A stretch of DNA of 64,000 nt from Clostridium sp. 26_22 (GTDB taxonomy: Bacteria > Bacillota > Clostridia > TANB77 > CAG-508). Positions 26,708 through 38,500 of this stretch are shown in pieces (position 1 is the stretch's first letter; every line of letters begins with the position of its first letter). The position numbers and the translations under genes were made by a program. The notes beneath the pieces are model-generated. The model was not told the origin of the DNA. It was given only the letters and a program-made list of their open reading frames with translations, and ran no database searches. The stretch spans positions 182-64,181 of the forward strand of contig MNRP01000056.1 of the NCBI GenBank assembly GCA_001916005.1. The letters run 5' to 3'.

Positions 26708-27409
26708 TTACCCTTCTATTTTTCTTATTAAGTCCCTTACACTTTCTATTTCTTCCAAAGCAACATTTTTAAGTTCATCAACAGATTCTTTCATAGCATA
26801 ACCATTATAATCTTTTACCATTTCAATATCGCTATAACCATCACCTATTGTATAAATTTTTTCTTGTCCAATTTCAATTTTTTTTGATAATAATTTTATT
26901 GCCTTAGATTTATTAGCATTTTTAGATATTATTTCTATTGAATTACCACTAACTAAATATGAATTTAGAAAGCTATTATATTTTTCTTCTAACTTTTTCA
27001 AAATTTTATTTGAATATTCTAAATCATTATATTTAACATGAATTTTAGTTAAATTTTTATATTCAAAATCAACTCTACTTTCTAGTATACTACAACAAAA
27101 ATTTCTTTCTGAATTTTCGATATGTAAATCAAATTTCAAACTATCTAAAATTTCGTTTGGAATTTTTTCATTAAAAATAATATTATCTTTTTTGTCTAAA
27201 ATTGTTGCACCATGATTTATAATAAGATAATCACATTCGATATTATATTGATTTTTCTTTTTCATGAAATCAGCATAACTTCTGCCTGTTGCTATAACAA
27301 ATATATTTCCTTTTTTTCTAAATTCATTAACTGCTATTTTATTTTTTTCTATATCTTCATCATTTATATAAAATGTTTGATCATAATCACTTACTAATAA
27401 TTTTTTCAT
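26708..27409 (-). CDS. Cof-type HAD-IIB family hydrolase
   Basis: Motif I DYDQT, TGRS, and motif IV GDGYSDIEM. Confidence 0.75.
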   Translation of the reverse strand: MKKLLVSDYDQTFYINDEDIEKNKIAVNEFRKKGNIFVIATGRSYADFMKKKNQYNIECDYLIINHGATILDKKDNIIFNEKIPNEILDSLKFDLHIENSERNFCCSILESRVDFEYKNLTKIHVKYNDLEYSNKILKKLEEKYNSFLNSYLVSGNSIEIISKNANKSKAIKLLSKKIEIGQEKIYTIGDGYSDIEMVKDYNGYAMKESVDELKNVALEEIESVRDLIRKIEG

Positions 27410-27444
27410 ATCTAAAACCTTTCAATATTTATTACTCCAAATAA

Positions 27445-28038
27445 TTATTTAAATATTTCTTTTATTTTTCTATATATATCATACCAACTATAACATCTAT
27501 AAATATTTTTTCCATTACATTGCTCATTATAATTTGCATGATAACAAATTACAGGTATTTCACTAGATATAGTATTTATATTTTTTGGCTTGTCTTCAAT
27601 CATTAAATCAATGTTGTTTTGTCTACATATATCTAATTTATCTTCAGGGCTAAAAATTATTTTATCATAATGGATTTCATTTTTCTTTAGCCAATTTAAT
27701 ACAATATTTCTGTTTTCTTCTATTGTCATTACATCTGCTGAATGAGATAAGAATGAACCCCTTGCTGTGATAATATAAATTTCATTTTCTTCTTTTAATT
27801 TATCAATTACTTCATTTGCAAATTTTCTTGCCTCTACATTAATTGAATACTCTCTAAAATATTTATTCCAAAATTCATCATCTAATTTTATATCTACATC
27901 AAATATTTCATTGGTTTCATATCCTTTATAATTTTTTATTTCTAAACCATAGTTTTCATAATAAAATTTGCTCCCATAATCTAACTGCCATTGTTCTATA
28001 TCAGTTAAAACTCCATCTATATCAATTCCTATTTTCAT
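27445..28038 (-). CDS. 5'(3')-deoxyribonucleotidase-like (NT5C family) HAD hydrolase
   Basis: IGIDIDGVLTD motif I and MIEDKPKN near the C-terminus. Confidence 0.55.
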   Translation of the reverse strand: MKIGIDIDGVLTDIEQWQLDYGSKFYYENYGLEIKNYKGYETNEIFDVDIKLDDEFWNKYFREYSINVEARKFANEVIDKLKEENEIYIITARGSFLSHSADVMTIEENRNIVLNWLKKNEIHYDKIIFSPEDKLDICRQNNIDLMIEDKPKNINTISSEIPVICYHANYNEQCNGKNIYRCYSWYDIYRKIKEIFK

Positions 28039-29207
28039 TTTTTGTTCTCTCCTTTTCTTAAATATATCATATAATAAGCTAAACTTATCTGGAATATCAT
28101 AAAGAAAGCTGATAATCCCACCATAAATCTTAATCCTTTTTCATACATCAAACCACATAAAAATACTCCTATTGCTTCACCTAAAAATCTAATTATATGG
28201 CATATATTTGAAAAACTTAATTGATATTTATTTTCTAATCTATTTATATATACTGCATCACAAATATTTTCGTATGAAGTTGAAATGAATATTGACCAAG
28301 TAATTGCCAAAAATGTAATTGTAATATTATTTGATATAAATGCTATCACATAACCTAAAAATCTTATTCCAAATTTTATTGCTACTGTTAAATTGTCATT
28401 TTTTGGTGTTAAATATTTTAATGCTATAATGCCAAATATATCTGCTAAAAGACCAATTATTAATAAATAATTTGTTGCTAAACTATCACTAAATTTAAAA
28501 TAATTTGTTAGTGTTAGCATTTTTAATCCAAGTGCTGTTGACATAGCAATTGTTCCAAAAAGTGTATATATCAAATATAATACTAAAATTTTATCTTTAA
28601 AAATATATTTTGAAGATATTTCTTCATTATCATTTTCAAAGTTTTTCCCCTTTATATTAAGTAATATTAATAATGAGAACATTAAAAATATATTTGATAT
28701 AAATAAACATGCATTATAATTTATAAGTATTCCAGCAATATTTTTTCCTATAAACATTCCGCCAAATAAAATTCCAACATCTCTAAATAAATATTCTGTT
28801 AACCTTCTTTTACTATAAATTGTTCCTGTTTTTATAATTGTAGTTATTAATGGATATATACTTGTAATTATTATGTATTCTGTTACTATATCTATTATTA
28901 TTGATAGTTTTATTAGTTCTACAGAAGTTGTTTGATTTAAAAAGTATAACCAAAACATATTTACAAATTTTATTAATAATACTATCCCTAGTGTATTTTT
29001 TAATTTATCTAATTTTATGTATTTTCCAATTAAACCAATAATTATAACACTTATTAATGTTCCTATACTTAGTATATTGCTTATATTTGTAACAGAGAAA
29101 TTATTATCTTGTAACCATAGCTGTCTAAAATTCCCCCATAGTCCAACCGATATACTAAAAAGTGCTAACATTATAAGTATTTGGTTTTCGTTTTTTATTT
29201 TTTTCAT
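28035..29207 (-). CDS. MFS transporter
   Basis: 390 aa with about 12 TM helices. Confidence 0.65.
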   Translation of the reverse strand: MKKIKNENQILIMLALFSISVGLWGNFRQLWLQDNNFSVTNISNILSIGTLISVIIIGLIGKYIKLDKLKNTLGIVLLIKFVNMFWLYFLNQTTSVELIKLSIIIDIVTEYIIITSIYPLITTIIKTGTIYSKRRLTEYLFRDVGILFGGMFIGKNIAGILINYNACLFISNIFLMFSLLILLNIKGKNFENDNEEISSKYIFKDKILVLYLIYTLFGTIAMSTALGLKMLTLTNYFKFSDSLATNYLLIIGLLADIFGIIALKYLTPKNDNLTVAIKFGIRFLGYVIAFISNNITITFLAITWSIFISTSYENICDAVYINRLENKYQLSFSNICHIIRFLGEAIGVFLCGLMYEKGLRFMVGLSAFFMIFQISLAYYMIYLRKGENKK

Positions 29208-29225
29208 TTGCTACTCCATTTCATT

Positions 29226-29249
29226 TTTATTTATTTATTTATTTATTTA
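29226..29249. repeat. tetranucleotide microsatellite (TTTA)6
   Basis: Counted directly. Lies 19-43 nt upstream of the MFS start codon. Confidence 0.85.
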
Positions 29250-29287
29250 TTACTACTCCGTCTAAATCTATTCCTATTTTAATAATT

Positions 29288-29609
29288 CTATTTTTCCCTT
29301 AAATTATATTTATTAATATTATCTATTGTAGCAAATCCATTTTTGTCTTTTACTCTCTCTAGAAACACAATTCCTTCTAAATGATCACATTCATGTTGAA
29401 CTAATCTTGCAAAAAATCCATGTAGTTGCCTTGTTATTTGCTTACCATTTTCATCATAGTATGTTAATTCTATATCTTTATATCTTTCGACTTTTCCTCT
29501 GATACTAGGTACACTCAAGCAACCTTCATATTATATATCTGTTTCATTTGATATTTTTCTCCATGTTGGATTTATCATTGCTGTTACGTGTTTTTAAAAC
29601 TTTACCCAT
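29288..29609 (-). pseudogene. def: peptide deformylase relic
   Basis: The C-terminal half is intact (EGCLSVP, HECDHLEG). There is an in-frame TAA at 29531-29533, and the N-terminal part is scrambled across frames. Confidence 0.7.
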
Positions 29610-29633
29610 ATTTTCTACCTTTCTGAACTCATT

Positions 29634-31005
29634 TCAAAATGAAAATTGTAGAACTGCTACACACTCCACATGTTTCGTAAATGGGAACATATCCACCGGT
29701 CTAATTTCCTCAATCACATAATTCTCCTCAAATTTAGCCAAATCTCTAACCAAAGTAGCAGGATTGCAACTAATATACACTACTCTATCAGGTTTAATCT
29801 TCAAAATATTATCAATAGACCTATTATCAAGACCTTTTCTTGGAGGATCAACCATAACAACATCTGGAATAATCTTTTTATTATTAATCAAATCATCTAA
29901 AACAACTTCTGTATCTCCGGCTATAAAATCAACATTATTAATATTATTTAATATTGCATTTTCTTTTGCATTCTCAATAGCTTGTTCTACAATTTCAACG
30001 CCATAAACTTTTTTAGCATATTTTGCCATAAATAAAGAAATTGTACCAATTCCACAATATAAGTCAAATACTGTATCATTTGATGTTATTTTTGCAGCTT
30101 CTACTCCTATATTATATAATTTTTCTGCTTGAATAGGATTTACTTGATAAAATGAAAGTGGAGATATTTTGAATTTGTATTCTCCTAGTTTATCTTCAAT
30201 ATAGCCACTTCCATATATATTGATATTTTCTAGTCCTAATATAACATTTGTGTTTTTTGTATTTATGTTTTTTACAATTGTTTTTATATTAGGATATTTT
30301 TTTGTTAGCATTTCTACAAGTTCTGTTTCTTTTGGTATTTGATTTCCATTTATAACTAATATGCACATTATTTCATTTGTTTTTGCTCCTACTTTTATTA
30401 CAATGTGTCTAAATAATCCTTTTCCTGTTTTTTCATTATATATAGAAATTTTATTTTGTTTTATAAATTCAAGTATTGTTTTTGCTATTTCTTCTGATAT
30501 TGGTTTTTGTATAAGGCATTTTTCCATAGGAATTATTTCATGACTTCTTTGTGCAAATATTCCAACTACTGGTTCGTTTTCTTTATTTAGTCCTAATGGA
30601 TATTGTGCTTTGTTTCTGTAATGAAATGGATTTTCCATTCCGTAATGTTTCTTTTACCTCTATTTTATTTTTTAGTGTTTTATTTACTAGTGATTGGACT
30701 GCATTTTGTTTCATTTTTAATGTTTCTTCGTATTTTATATGTCTCATTGTACAGCCACCACATCTTTTATAAGTTTTGCAATCTACTTCTTGTCTTTTAT
30801 CTGATTTTTCTATTATTTCTAATATTTTTCCAAATGCATGTGATGATAATACTTTTACTATTAAGATTTTTACTTTTTCTCCTTTTATTGCTCCATTAAT
30901 AAAAATAGTGAAGTTGTCTATTTTTGCTATTCCTTCACCTTCAAATCCATTGTCTATTATATCTACTATATATTCTTTATTTTTTTCTACTGGTGGATTA
31001 TTCAT
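29634..31005 (-). pseudogene. rlmD: 23S rRNA (uracil-5)-methyltransferase RumA/RlmD family, 1-nt frameshift near 30640-30645
   Basis: TRAM domain plus the 4Fe-4S Cys cluster (CKTYKRCGGC) is in ORF 30583-31005. GMENPFHYRNKAQYP and the SAM-MTase part continue in ORF 29634-30638. Confidence 0.75.
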
Positions 31006-31071
31006 TATTATTACTCCTAACTAAATATGTATAAAAAATAATAAGGAAGAAAAGGACATCCTTTTTCCGCC

Positions 31072-31791
31072 CTATTCTTCCCAGTTGTGATATATGTTTG
31101 CAACATCATCAAGTTCTTCTAGTCTTTCTATTAATCTTTCCATTTTTTCTATGCCTTTTTCATCTAATTGAACTGTTGTTGTTGGAACCATTTGAACTTC
31201 TGCTTCTAAGAATTCTAATCCAGCTTCTTCTAGTTTTTCACTAACTTGTGCAAAATCTGCTGGATCTGTTGTTATTTCGTATACTTCATCTTCTGCTACA
31301 AAGTCTTCTGCTCCAGCATCTAAGGCTAACATCATTACGTCATCTTCTGACATTTCTGTTGATGCTTTTTCTATTACTATTATTCCTTTTTTATTGAACA
31401 TATAAGATACACATCCTGTTGTTCCTAAGTTTCCTCCTGCTTTATCAAATACGTGTCTTACATCTGCTGCTGTTCTGTTTTTGTTGTCTGTTGATGCTTC
31501 TACTATTACTGCTACTCCATTTGGTCCATATCCTTCATATACTATTTCTTCATAGTTTTCATTACTTGTTGATGCTTTTTTGATTGCATTATTTATTGTG
31601 TCGTTTGGCATGTTTGCTGCTTTACATTTTGCTATTACTGCTTTTAATTTTGAGTTTCCTGCTGGGTCTGGTCCACCTTCTTTTGTTGCTATTAATAATT
31701 CTCTTCCTAATTTTGTAAATATTTTTCCTCTTGCTGCATCTGCTTTTCCTTTTTTGGCTTGTATGTTGTGCCATTTGCTATGTCCTGACAT
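31072..31791 (-). CDS. yebC: YebC/PmpR family DNA-binding transcriptional regulator
   Basis: Starts [28 protein letters not shown]. 239 aa. Confidence 0.9.
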   Translation of the reverse strand: MSGHSKWHNIQAKKGKADAARGKIFTKLGRELLIATKEGGPDPAGNSKLKAVIAKCKAANMPNDTINNAIKKASTSNENYEEIVYEGYGPNGVAVIVEASTDNKNRTAADVRHVFDKAGGNLGTTGCVSYMFNKKGIIVIEKASTEMSEDDVMMLALDAGAEDFVAEDEVYEITTDPADFAQVSEKLEEAGLEFLEAEVQMVPTTTVQLDEKGIEKMERLIERLEELDDVANIYHNWEE

Positions 31792-32079
31792 ATTTTTTCC
31801 TCCTCTTTAATTTTTCTGTATTTCAAGGTTCTTGTGCCTATATATATTGGTTTTACCCATCTTTTCTAAAAATTTCTTTTTTATTGTAACATATTTTTTG
31901 TATTTTGTGTAGTCTTTTTACAAATATTTTTTGTATTTCATTATTATTCATTAAAAATCGTCTTCCTCTTGACAATCATACTCATAATTAGCCTTTACAG
32001 CAGCCTTACAAGCGACAGTTGCAATAAATCTTTCTTCAATATCATTTTCTTTTAAACTTTGTTATGTATGTTATCTCTG

Positions 32080-34662
32080 CTATAGCCATTCCCCATATTT
32101 CTTAATATATATTTTCTTTACTTTCTGTACAAGAACTGTATAAATAATTAACAATATCACTACAAACAAATAATATTTCATAGGTAAAATAACAAAATTG
32201 AAAGATTTTACACTATGTAAAAGTATTGGCGTTATTATTGTTCCAGCAATTGTAATAAAGGTTGATGTTGTAAGTATTTTATTTGCTTTTGATTCAATAA
32301 ATGGCATTTTTGAAGTTCTTATATAATGAATTATCATTGTTTCACTAATTAAACATTCAACAAACCAAGCGGTTTGGAACCATGCTTGTTTTTCAATACT
32401 ATTATATCCAAATACAAACCAGAATACAATAAATGCAATTACATCTGTTACAGAACTTGTTATTCCCATAACATTCATAAATTTACCAAGTCCTTTTGTT
32501 TCCCACTTTCTTGGTTTTTCTATAAATTCTTTATCAACATCATCATATGGTATTGCAACTTGAGAAATATCATATAAAAAGTCTTGGATTAACATTTGAA
32601 TTGGTAATAATGGTAAAAATGGTAAGAATATACTTGCTATTAATATACTAAATACATCTCCAAAGTCTGAGCTTAAAGCCATTTTCATATATTTTATGAT
32701 ATTTCCATATACTTTTCTTCCTTCTATTACTCCATCATAAACCACTTGTAGACTTTTTTCAAGTAGTAGAATATCGCTTGCTTCTTTTGCAATATCTGTT
32801 GCTGAGTCTACACATATCCCAACATCTGCTGTATGTAATGATGGTGCATCATTTACTCCATCTCCCATATAACCCACAACATGACCATTTTTCTTATATG
32901 CATTTACAACTCTTTCTTTTTGTAATGGGTTTAATCTTGCAAATACATCAACTTCTTCTATTTTTTTAGATAATTCTTCATCATTTAATTTATCTAATTC
33001 AACACCTGTTATAATATTTTCTGATTTTAATCCTACTATACTACAGATATTTTTTGTTGCATAGGCATTATCTCCTGTTAATATTTTTGTATGTACACCT
33101 ATTTTTCTTAAATCATTTAATGTTTTCTTTACTTCTTTTTTTGGTGGATCTAGAAATGCTACATACCCTACAAATGTCATATCTTTTTCATCTTGACTAT
33201 TAAATATATTTGCTCCTTGATATTCTCTTTTTGATGCTAAGGCTATTACTTGCATTCCTATATTTGATAAATTATTTGCATTTACTTCTATTTGCTTTAT
33301 TAATTCATCTGTTAACGGCATTATCTGGTCTTTATATTTTACATCTTTACAACATTTTAATATTTCTTCAATAGCACCTTTTGTAATCATTCTGTAGCCT
33401 TCTTCATTTTTTACGACTACACTCATTCTTTTTCTTACATAGTCAAATGGTATTTCATCTACTTTTTCGTATTCTTTTAATACTTCTTTTATTTTGTGTT
33501 TATTTCCATATGCAATTACAGCTTTATCTACTAAATTTTTTATTCCTGTTCCATAATAACTATTTAAATAAGCATATTGCAATATTTCTATGTCTTCTTC
33601 TCCAAGAACATTTATATATTTTTGTAGTGTGATTTTGTCTTGGGTTAATGTTCCTGTTTTATCTGTACATAATATATCTATAGCTCCTAAATTTTGTATA
33701 GATTGACTATTTTTTACTAAGGTTTTCTTTTTAGCTAAGGTTTTACTTCCTTTTGTCAAATTTACATTAACAATCATTGGTAACATACTTGGTGTGATTC
33801 CAACAGCTACTGATAAAGCAAATAATAAAGCTTCCATTAAATCATGTCTTATAACTGCATATATCAAAAATACTGCTATTGATACTATTACCATATATTT
33901 AATTAATAGTTTTGTTATTCCATCCATTCCTTTTTCAAAATTTGTTGGTTCTTTTTTTGTATCAATTTCTTTACTCATTCTTCCAAGATATGTATTAAAT
34001 CCAGTTTGAATTACTACAGCTGTTCCACTTCCACTTACGACGCTTGAACCCATTAAACAAATATTGTTAATATCAAATATTCCATTTGCATCATTTGTTT
34101 GTGTTGTTTTTTCTACTAAAACACTTTCACCTGTAAATACAGATTGATTTAAGAACAAGTCCTTAGTTTCTATAAGCATTACATCTGCTGGAATTATTGA
34201 ACCTGCATTTAGTTTTATAATGTCTCCTATTACAACATTTTCTACTTTTACTTCTTTTTCTTTTCCATTTCTTACTACATTTGTACTAGAATATATTTGA
34301 GCTTTTAATTTTTGATTAAATTTATATGAAGAATAGTCTTGTGCAAATTTAATTAATGCACTAACTATTGCAATTCCTATTATTATTCCAGCTCCTAGTT
34401 TATCAGCTAATGCAAAATCTATTATTGCTAATAAAAACAAAATATAGATAAATTTGTCGTTAAAAGATTTTAAAAGGAAAGAAAACCAACTTTTCTTCTC
34501 TTTTTTTACAACTGCATTTATGCCATTTTCTTTTATTCTTTTTTCATATTCGCTTTGTGTTAAGCCTTTTTCATTGGTTTTATATTCTTTTAATATTTGT
34601 TCTGATGAATATTTTGAAATTTGCTGATATTTTTCAAATAGTTCTTTATCAGTTGTTTTCAT
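32080..34662 (-). CDS. mgtA: magnesium-translocating P-type ATPase
   Basis: Motifs DKTGTLT, TGDN and GDGVNDAP, with a 10-TM layout. Start taken at MKTTDKE. Confidence 0.85.
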   Translation of the reverse strand: MKTTDKELFEKYQQISKYSSEQILKEYKTNEKGLTQSEYEKRIKENGINAVVKKEKKSWFSFLLKSFNDKFIYILFLLAIIDFALADKLGAGIIIGIAIVSALIKFAQDYSSYKFNQKLKAQIYSSTNVVRNGKEKEVKVENVVIGDIIKLNAGSIIPADVMLIETKDLFLNQSVFTGESVLVEKTTQTNDANGIFDINNICLMGSSVVSGSGTAVVIQTGFNTYLGRMSKEIDTKKEPTNFEKGMDGITKLLIKYMVIVSIAVFLIYAVIRHDLMEALLFALSVAVGITPSMLPMIVNVNLTKGSKTLAKKKTLVKNSQSIQNLGAIDILCTDKTGTLTQDKITLQKYINVLGEEDIEILQYAYLNSYYGTGIKNLVDKAVIAYGNKHKIKEVLKEYEKVDEIPFDYVRKRMSVVVKNEEGYRMITKGAIEEILKCCKDVKYKDQIMPLTDELIKQIEVNANNLSNIGMQVIALASKREYQGANIFNSQDEKDMTFVGYVAFLDPPKKEVKKTLNDLRKIGVHTKILTGDNAYATKNICSIVGLKSENIITGVELDKLNDEELSKKIEEVDVFARLNPLQKERVVNAYKKNGHVVGYMGDGVNDAPSLHTADVGICVDSATDIAKEASDILLLEKSLQVVYDGVIEGRKVYGNIIKYMKMALSSDFGDVFSILIASIFLPFLPLLPIQMLIQDFLYDISQVAIPYDDVDKEFIEKPRKWETKGLGKFMNVMGITSSVTDVIAFIVFWFVFGYNSIEKQAWFQTAWFVECLISETMIIHYIRTSKMPFIESKANKILTTSTFITIAGTIITPILLHSVKSFNFVILPMKYYLFVVILLIIYTVLVQKVKKIYIKKYGEWL

Positions 34663-34727
34663 TTGTTTTACTTTCTTTTTGATATAAAATAATTGTATCA
34701 TTTGTACCACTTCTTTCGTTTTACATT

Positions 34728-35051
34728 TTACAACATTGAAATTTGATAAAAATCATTTTTCTCGTTTGTTTTATTATCTTCTGGTCTTCTTTCTACTTTA
34801 ACATTATCATCTAAAATAATTTCTTTATTTAAAATTTCTTTTACTCTTTCAATATCTGCAAATTGTATTTCCCAACAAGCTCCGCTCCAATAAGTTTTGC
34901 TTCTTTTATATTTATGGTCAGGGTTTCCAATTTTTTGTGTCAATTTTTCAATTGTTTCTACTCTACTACTATAAATTCTTATAATTTGCTCTTTGTATAA
35001 AATATTTATTGTAGTTTCTTGTTCTGCTGGTTCTGTTTTATAATATCTCAT
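34728..35051 (-). CDS. hypothetical protein
   Basis: 107-aa ORF in an operon-like array. No motif recognised. Confidence 0.45.
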   Translation of the reverse strand: MRYYKTEPAEQETTINILYKEQIIRIYSSRVETIEKLTQKIGNPDHKYKRSKTYWSGACWEIQFADIERVKEILNKEIILDDNVKVERRPEDNKTNEKNDFYQISML

Positions 35052-35074
35052 ATTTTTAATGTTTCACTTTCTTT

Positions 35075-35575
35075 TTAATATATTAACAGAAATGTTAAAA
35101 ATGATAGCCAACGTATTTGGCTTATTGTTAAATCTTGTGGTAGTAATGTTATTTCGCTTTCTGTTTTTTCATTTGTGAAACTCATTTCGTAATAATCAAC
35201 ATTTTGCAATTTAAAATATAGTTCTAAATCTTGTGTTTCATTTTCTCTCATTGCAGATACATCTATGTATTTTGTTCCTAATAGAACATCTCTTTCTGAG
35301 TAAAAATCTACTTTTATATATTTGGATTCTATTTTATTTTCAGCTTGATTTTTTATTGTTCCTTTTATTCTTCCGTTTACTTTTGTAGCTTGTGCTTGAT
35401 ATATTGTTATTTGTGGTAAGTTATCTTTTCTTCCAATATTTCTATATACTGTTTCTAAATTGATATTTATCATTATTTCTGAAAAGATGAAAAATAGTAT
35501 TACCCACATTGCATATTTAAAAAATGTTTTCATTCTACTCATATTTTTTCTCCATTTCTTTATTAATTTTGACAT
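35075..35575 (-). CDS. hypothetical membrane protein (N- and C-terminal TM helices)
   Basis: 166 aa with a beta-rich central domain. Possibly FxLYD-like. Confidence 0.45.
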   Translation of the reverse strand: MSKLIKKWRKNMSRMKTFFKYAMWVILFFIFSEIMININLETVYRNIGRKDNLPQITIYQAQATKVNGRIKGTIKNQAENKIESKYIKVDFYSERDVLLGTKYIDVSAMRENETQDLELYFKLQNVDYYEMSFTNEKTESEITLLPQDLTISQIRWLSFLTFLLIY

Positions 35576-35593
35576 ATTATATCAAATTTTTGC

Positions 35594-38500
35594 TTAAATT
35601 TCAATTGTTTTTTCTAAGTAAACCGAATATATATATACTTTTTCGACTTTTTTATTCAAAGCTTCTTCTAATGCTTCTTTGTATAATTCTAATTGTTTTG
35701 AATATTTTTTTACTAATTCTTGTTCATTTCCAGGTTCTACATAATCTGTTTTGTAATCTAATAATTTTAAATTATCATCTTTATCAATATAATATAAATC
35801 TATAATTCCTTGTACTAATATATTTTCTTCACAATTTTCTTCATATATTTCTCTTGCTGGTACATTTATGTAGAATGGTTTTTCTTTATAGATTTCTTTG
35901 GCTTCTTTTAGTTCCTTTGCAATGTCTGATTTTGTGAAGTTAAGTATTTTTGACATATTAATTGCTTTGGCTTCTTTTTCTGTTATTATTTCTTTGTTTT
36001 TTAATTTTTGTATTAATTCAGATATTTTTTCTAAATTATATTCTTCTTTGAAGTTTAATTTTTGCATACATAAATGTACTAAAGTTCCTCTTTGAGCTGG
36101 TGTTATTTTTTGTTCTTCATCATTTTGTAAGAATTTTGGTTTACCAAAATCAATTTTCTTTTCCTTATTTTCTTGAACATCTGTAGGATTTTCATCTAGA
36201 CTTTCTATGTTAACCCCTAAAGTTTTTTGTTGCATTTGTTTGATTTTTGTAACTGAACTTTTAGTTGGAATTGTTGTTGCTAATTTATTTTGATATTCAT
36301 ACTCTATCTTATTTTTTATATCTTCCATCTGTTCTTTGGAAATTTCTATGTCTTTATTTTCCATAAGTTCTTTTATTTTTTGTAAATTTATTTCTTGTAT
36401 ATCTGTTTTGTTTAATTTTGAAAAAACATCTCTATCAATTATGTTTAATTCAAGTAAATCTTGTGTGCTATTTTTTTCATATTGATATACTAGCAAAATC
36501 CAATCTAAATATGATTTATATTTTTTTACTAGTACAGGATTTATTTTTTCTTTGGTTTTATGATATATTTCTGTTTGTTTTTCTAAATCTTCTAGTTTTT
36601 TACTTAAGTTTTTAGAAGTTCCTGTTATAAATAATTTTTCTTTTGCTCTTGTTAGTGCAACATATAGTATTCTCATTTCTTCTGATATACTTTCTGTTTT
36701 TATTATGTTTTTAACCGCTTGGCGAGTAAGTGTATCATATTTTATTTGAGCATTATAATCTATGTATTTTGCACCAATTCCAAGTTCTTGGTGTAAAAGC
36801 ACTGGTTCTTTTTTGATGTCTTGTTCATTGAATTGTTTATTTGAATTTACAAGAAATACTATTGGAAATTCAAGTCCTTTACTTTTGTGAATACTCATAA
36901 TTCTAATTACATCATCATTTTCACCAATTATTTTTGCTGAGCTTAAGTCTCCTGAATTTATTTTTAATTTGTCCATAAAGTTAATGAAATTATATAATCC
37001 TTTAAAACTTGCTGTTTCATATTTTTTAGCTCTTTCAAATAATATTCTTAAATTAGCTTGTCTTAGTATTCCATTTGGCATTAATCCAACATAATTGTAA
37101 TAACCTGTATCTGAATATATTTTCCAAATTAATTCGTCTAAAGCTAAATATTCTTGTTCTTTCCTCCAATTTTCTAAGTTATTTAAAAATTTTTCTATTT
37201 TTTCTTTTAATTTTTCTCCAACATTTATTTTTGTCTTTTTCATACATTCGTAAAAATTATCGTATTTATCTGACAAACGTATTTCTACTAATTCATTATC
37301 CGTAAATCCACCTATACTAGACCTTAGAACTGTTACTAGTGGTATGTCTTGTATTGGATTATCAATTATTTTTAATAAACTCATTATTGTTTGGATTTCT
37401 ATTGACTCCAAATATTCTTGTGTACTATCTGAAAATACTGGCATTCCATTGTTTATTATTTCTTGTTCAAATATATTTGCTTTATTTTTTGTTGACCTTA
37501 ATAATATTGCTATGTCTTTATATTTTATATCTCTAAAACTTTTTGATTTCCTATCATATACTTGGTATTTACTGTCTATTAATTCTTTTACTTTTTTAGC
37601 AACATATTTTGCTTCAACTTCTATTTCATCTAAATGTTTTAAATCTTCTATATCTTCACTATTTTTATTGTTTGAGCCATAATCATCTTCTTCTGTATCA
37701 TTTTCATTATTTTCATATAAATCTTGGTCATCTTTTTTTACTTCAATTATATCAATTTCAGTCTTTAAATTTTGATTCACCTTTTGGTAATCTTCTGCTC
37801 CAAAATTCAAGTATTCATTTCTATCATATTCTACTTCTCCTAGTGTTTCACTCATTATGTTTTTGAATACTAAATTTGTAAAATCTAATATGTTGTCTCT
37901 ACTTCTAAAGTTTTTAAATAGCTGTATTTTTCTTCCATTTATTGGAACATTTCTTTCTGTTTCATCTATTTCAATTTTTTCATAATTGTTGTATTTATCA
38001 AGAAAAAGTCTTGGCATTGCTTGTCTAAATCTATATATACTTTGCTTTACATCTCCTACCATAAAGATATTATTTTCTCTTGATACTGATGTTAATATAT
38101 ATTCTTGTACTAAGTTACTATCTTGATATTCATCTATTGCTATTTCTTCAAATTTTTCAGTATATTTTTTTGCTACATCTGTTTTTATTACATTTCCATT
38201 TTCGTCTTTTTTTAATAATATTTCTAATGCAAAATGTTCTATATCTGTAAAGTCTACTATATTTTTTTCTCTTTTCCTTTTTGAAAATACTTCATCAAAT
38301 TCTAATATTAATTTTTCTAGTTTTTTAAGAATATCATACATATCAAAAATATCTTGATTAGATTGCTTAGAATCTGTTGTTAATATTTTGCCTATTTTTT
38401 TATTGAATTTTTCTTTTACGGTATCTCTTATTTCTTTTGCTTCTGCTTTTATTTCTGATTCTACTTTTTTTCTTGACCAAGGTTGAAATTTTATATTTTG

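Noticed and set aside
34663-34727. M-box (Mg2+) riboswitch upstream of mgtA, and a T-box upstream of cysE (6851-6887)
   Set aside because: The upstream gaps are only about 65 and about 37 nt, far too short for either element. Both genes appear to be co-transcribed with their upstream neighbours.
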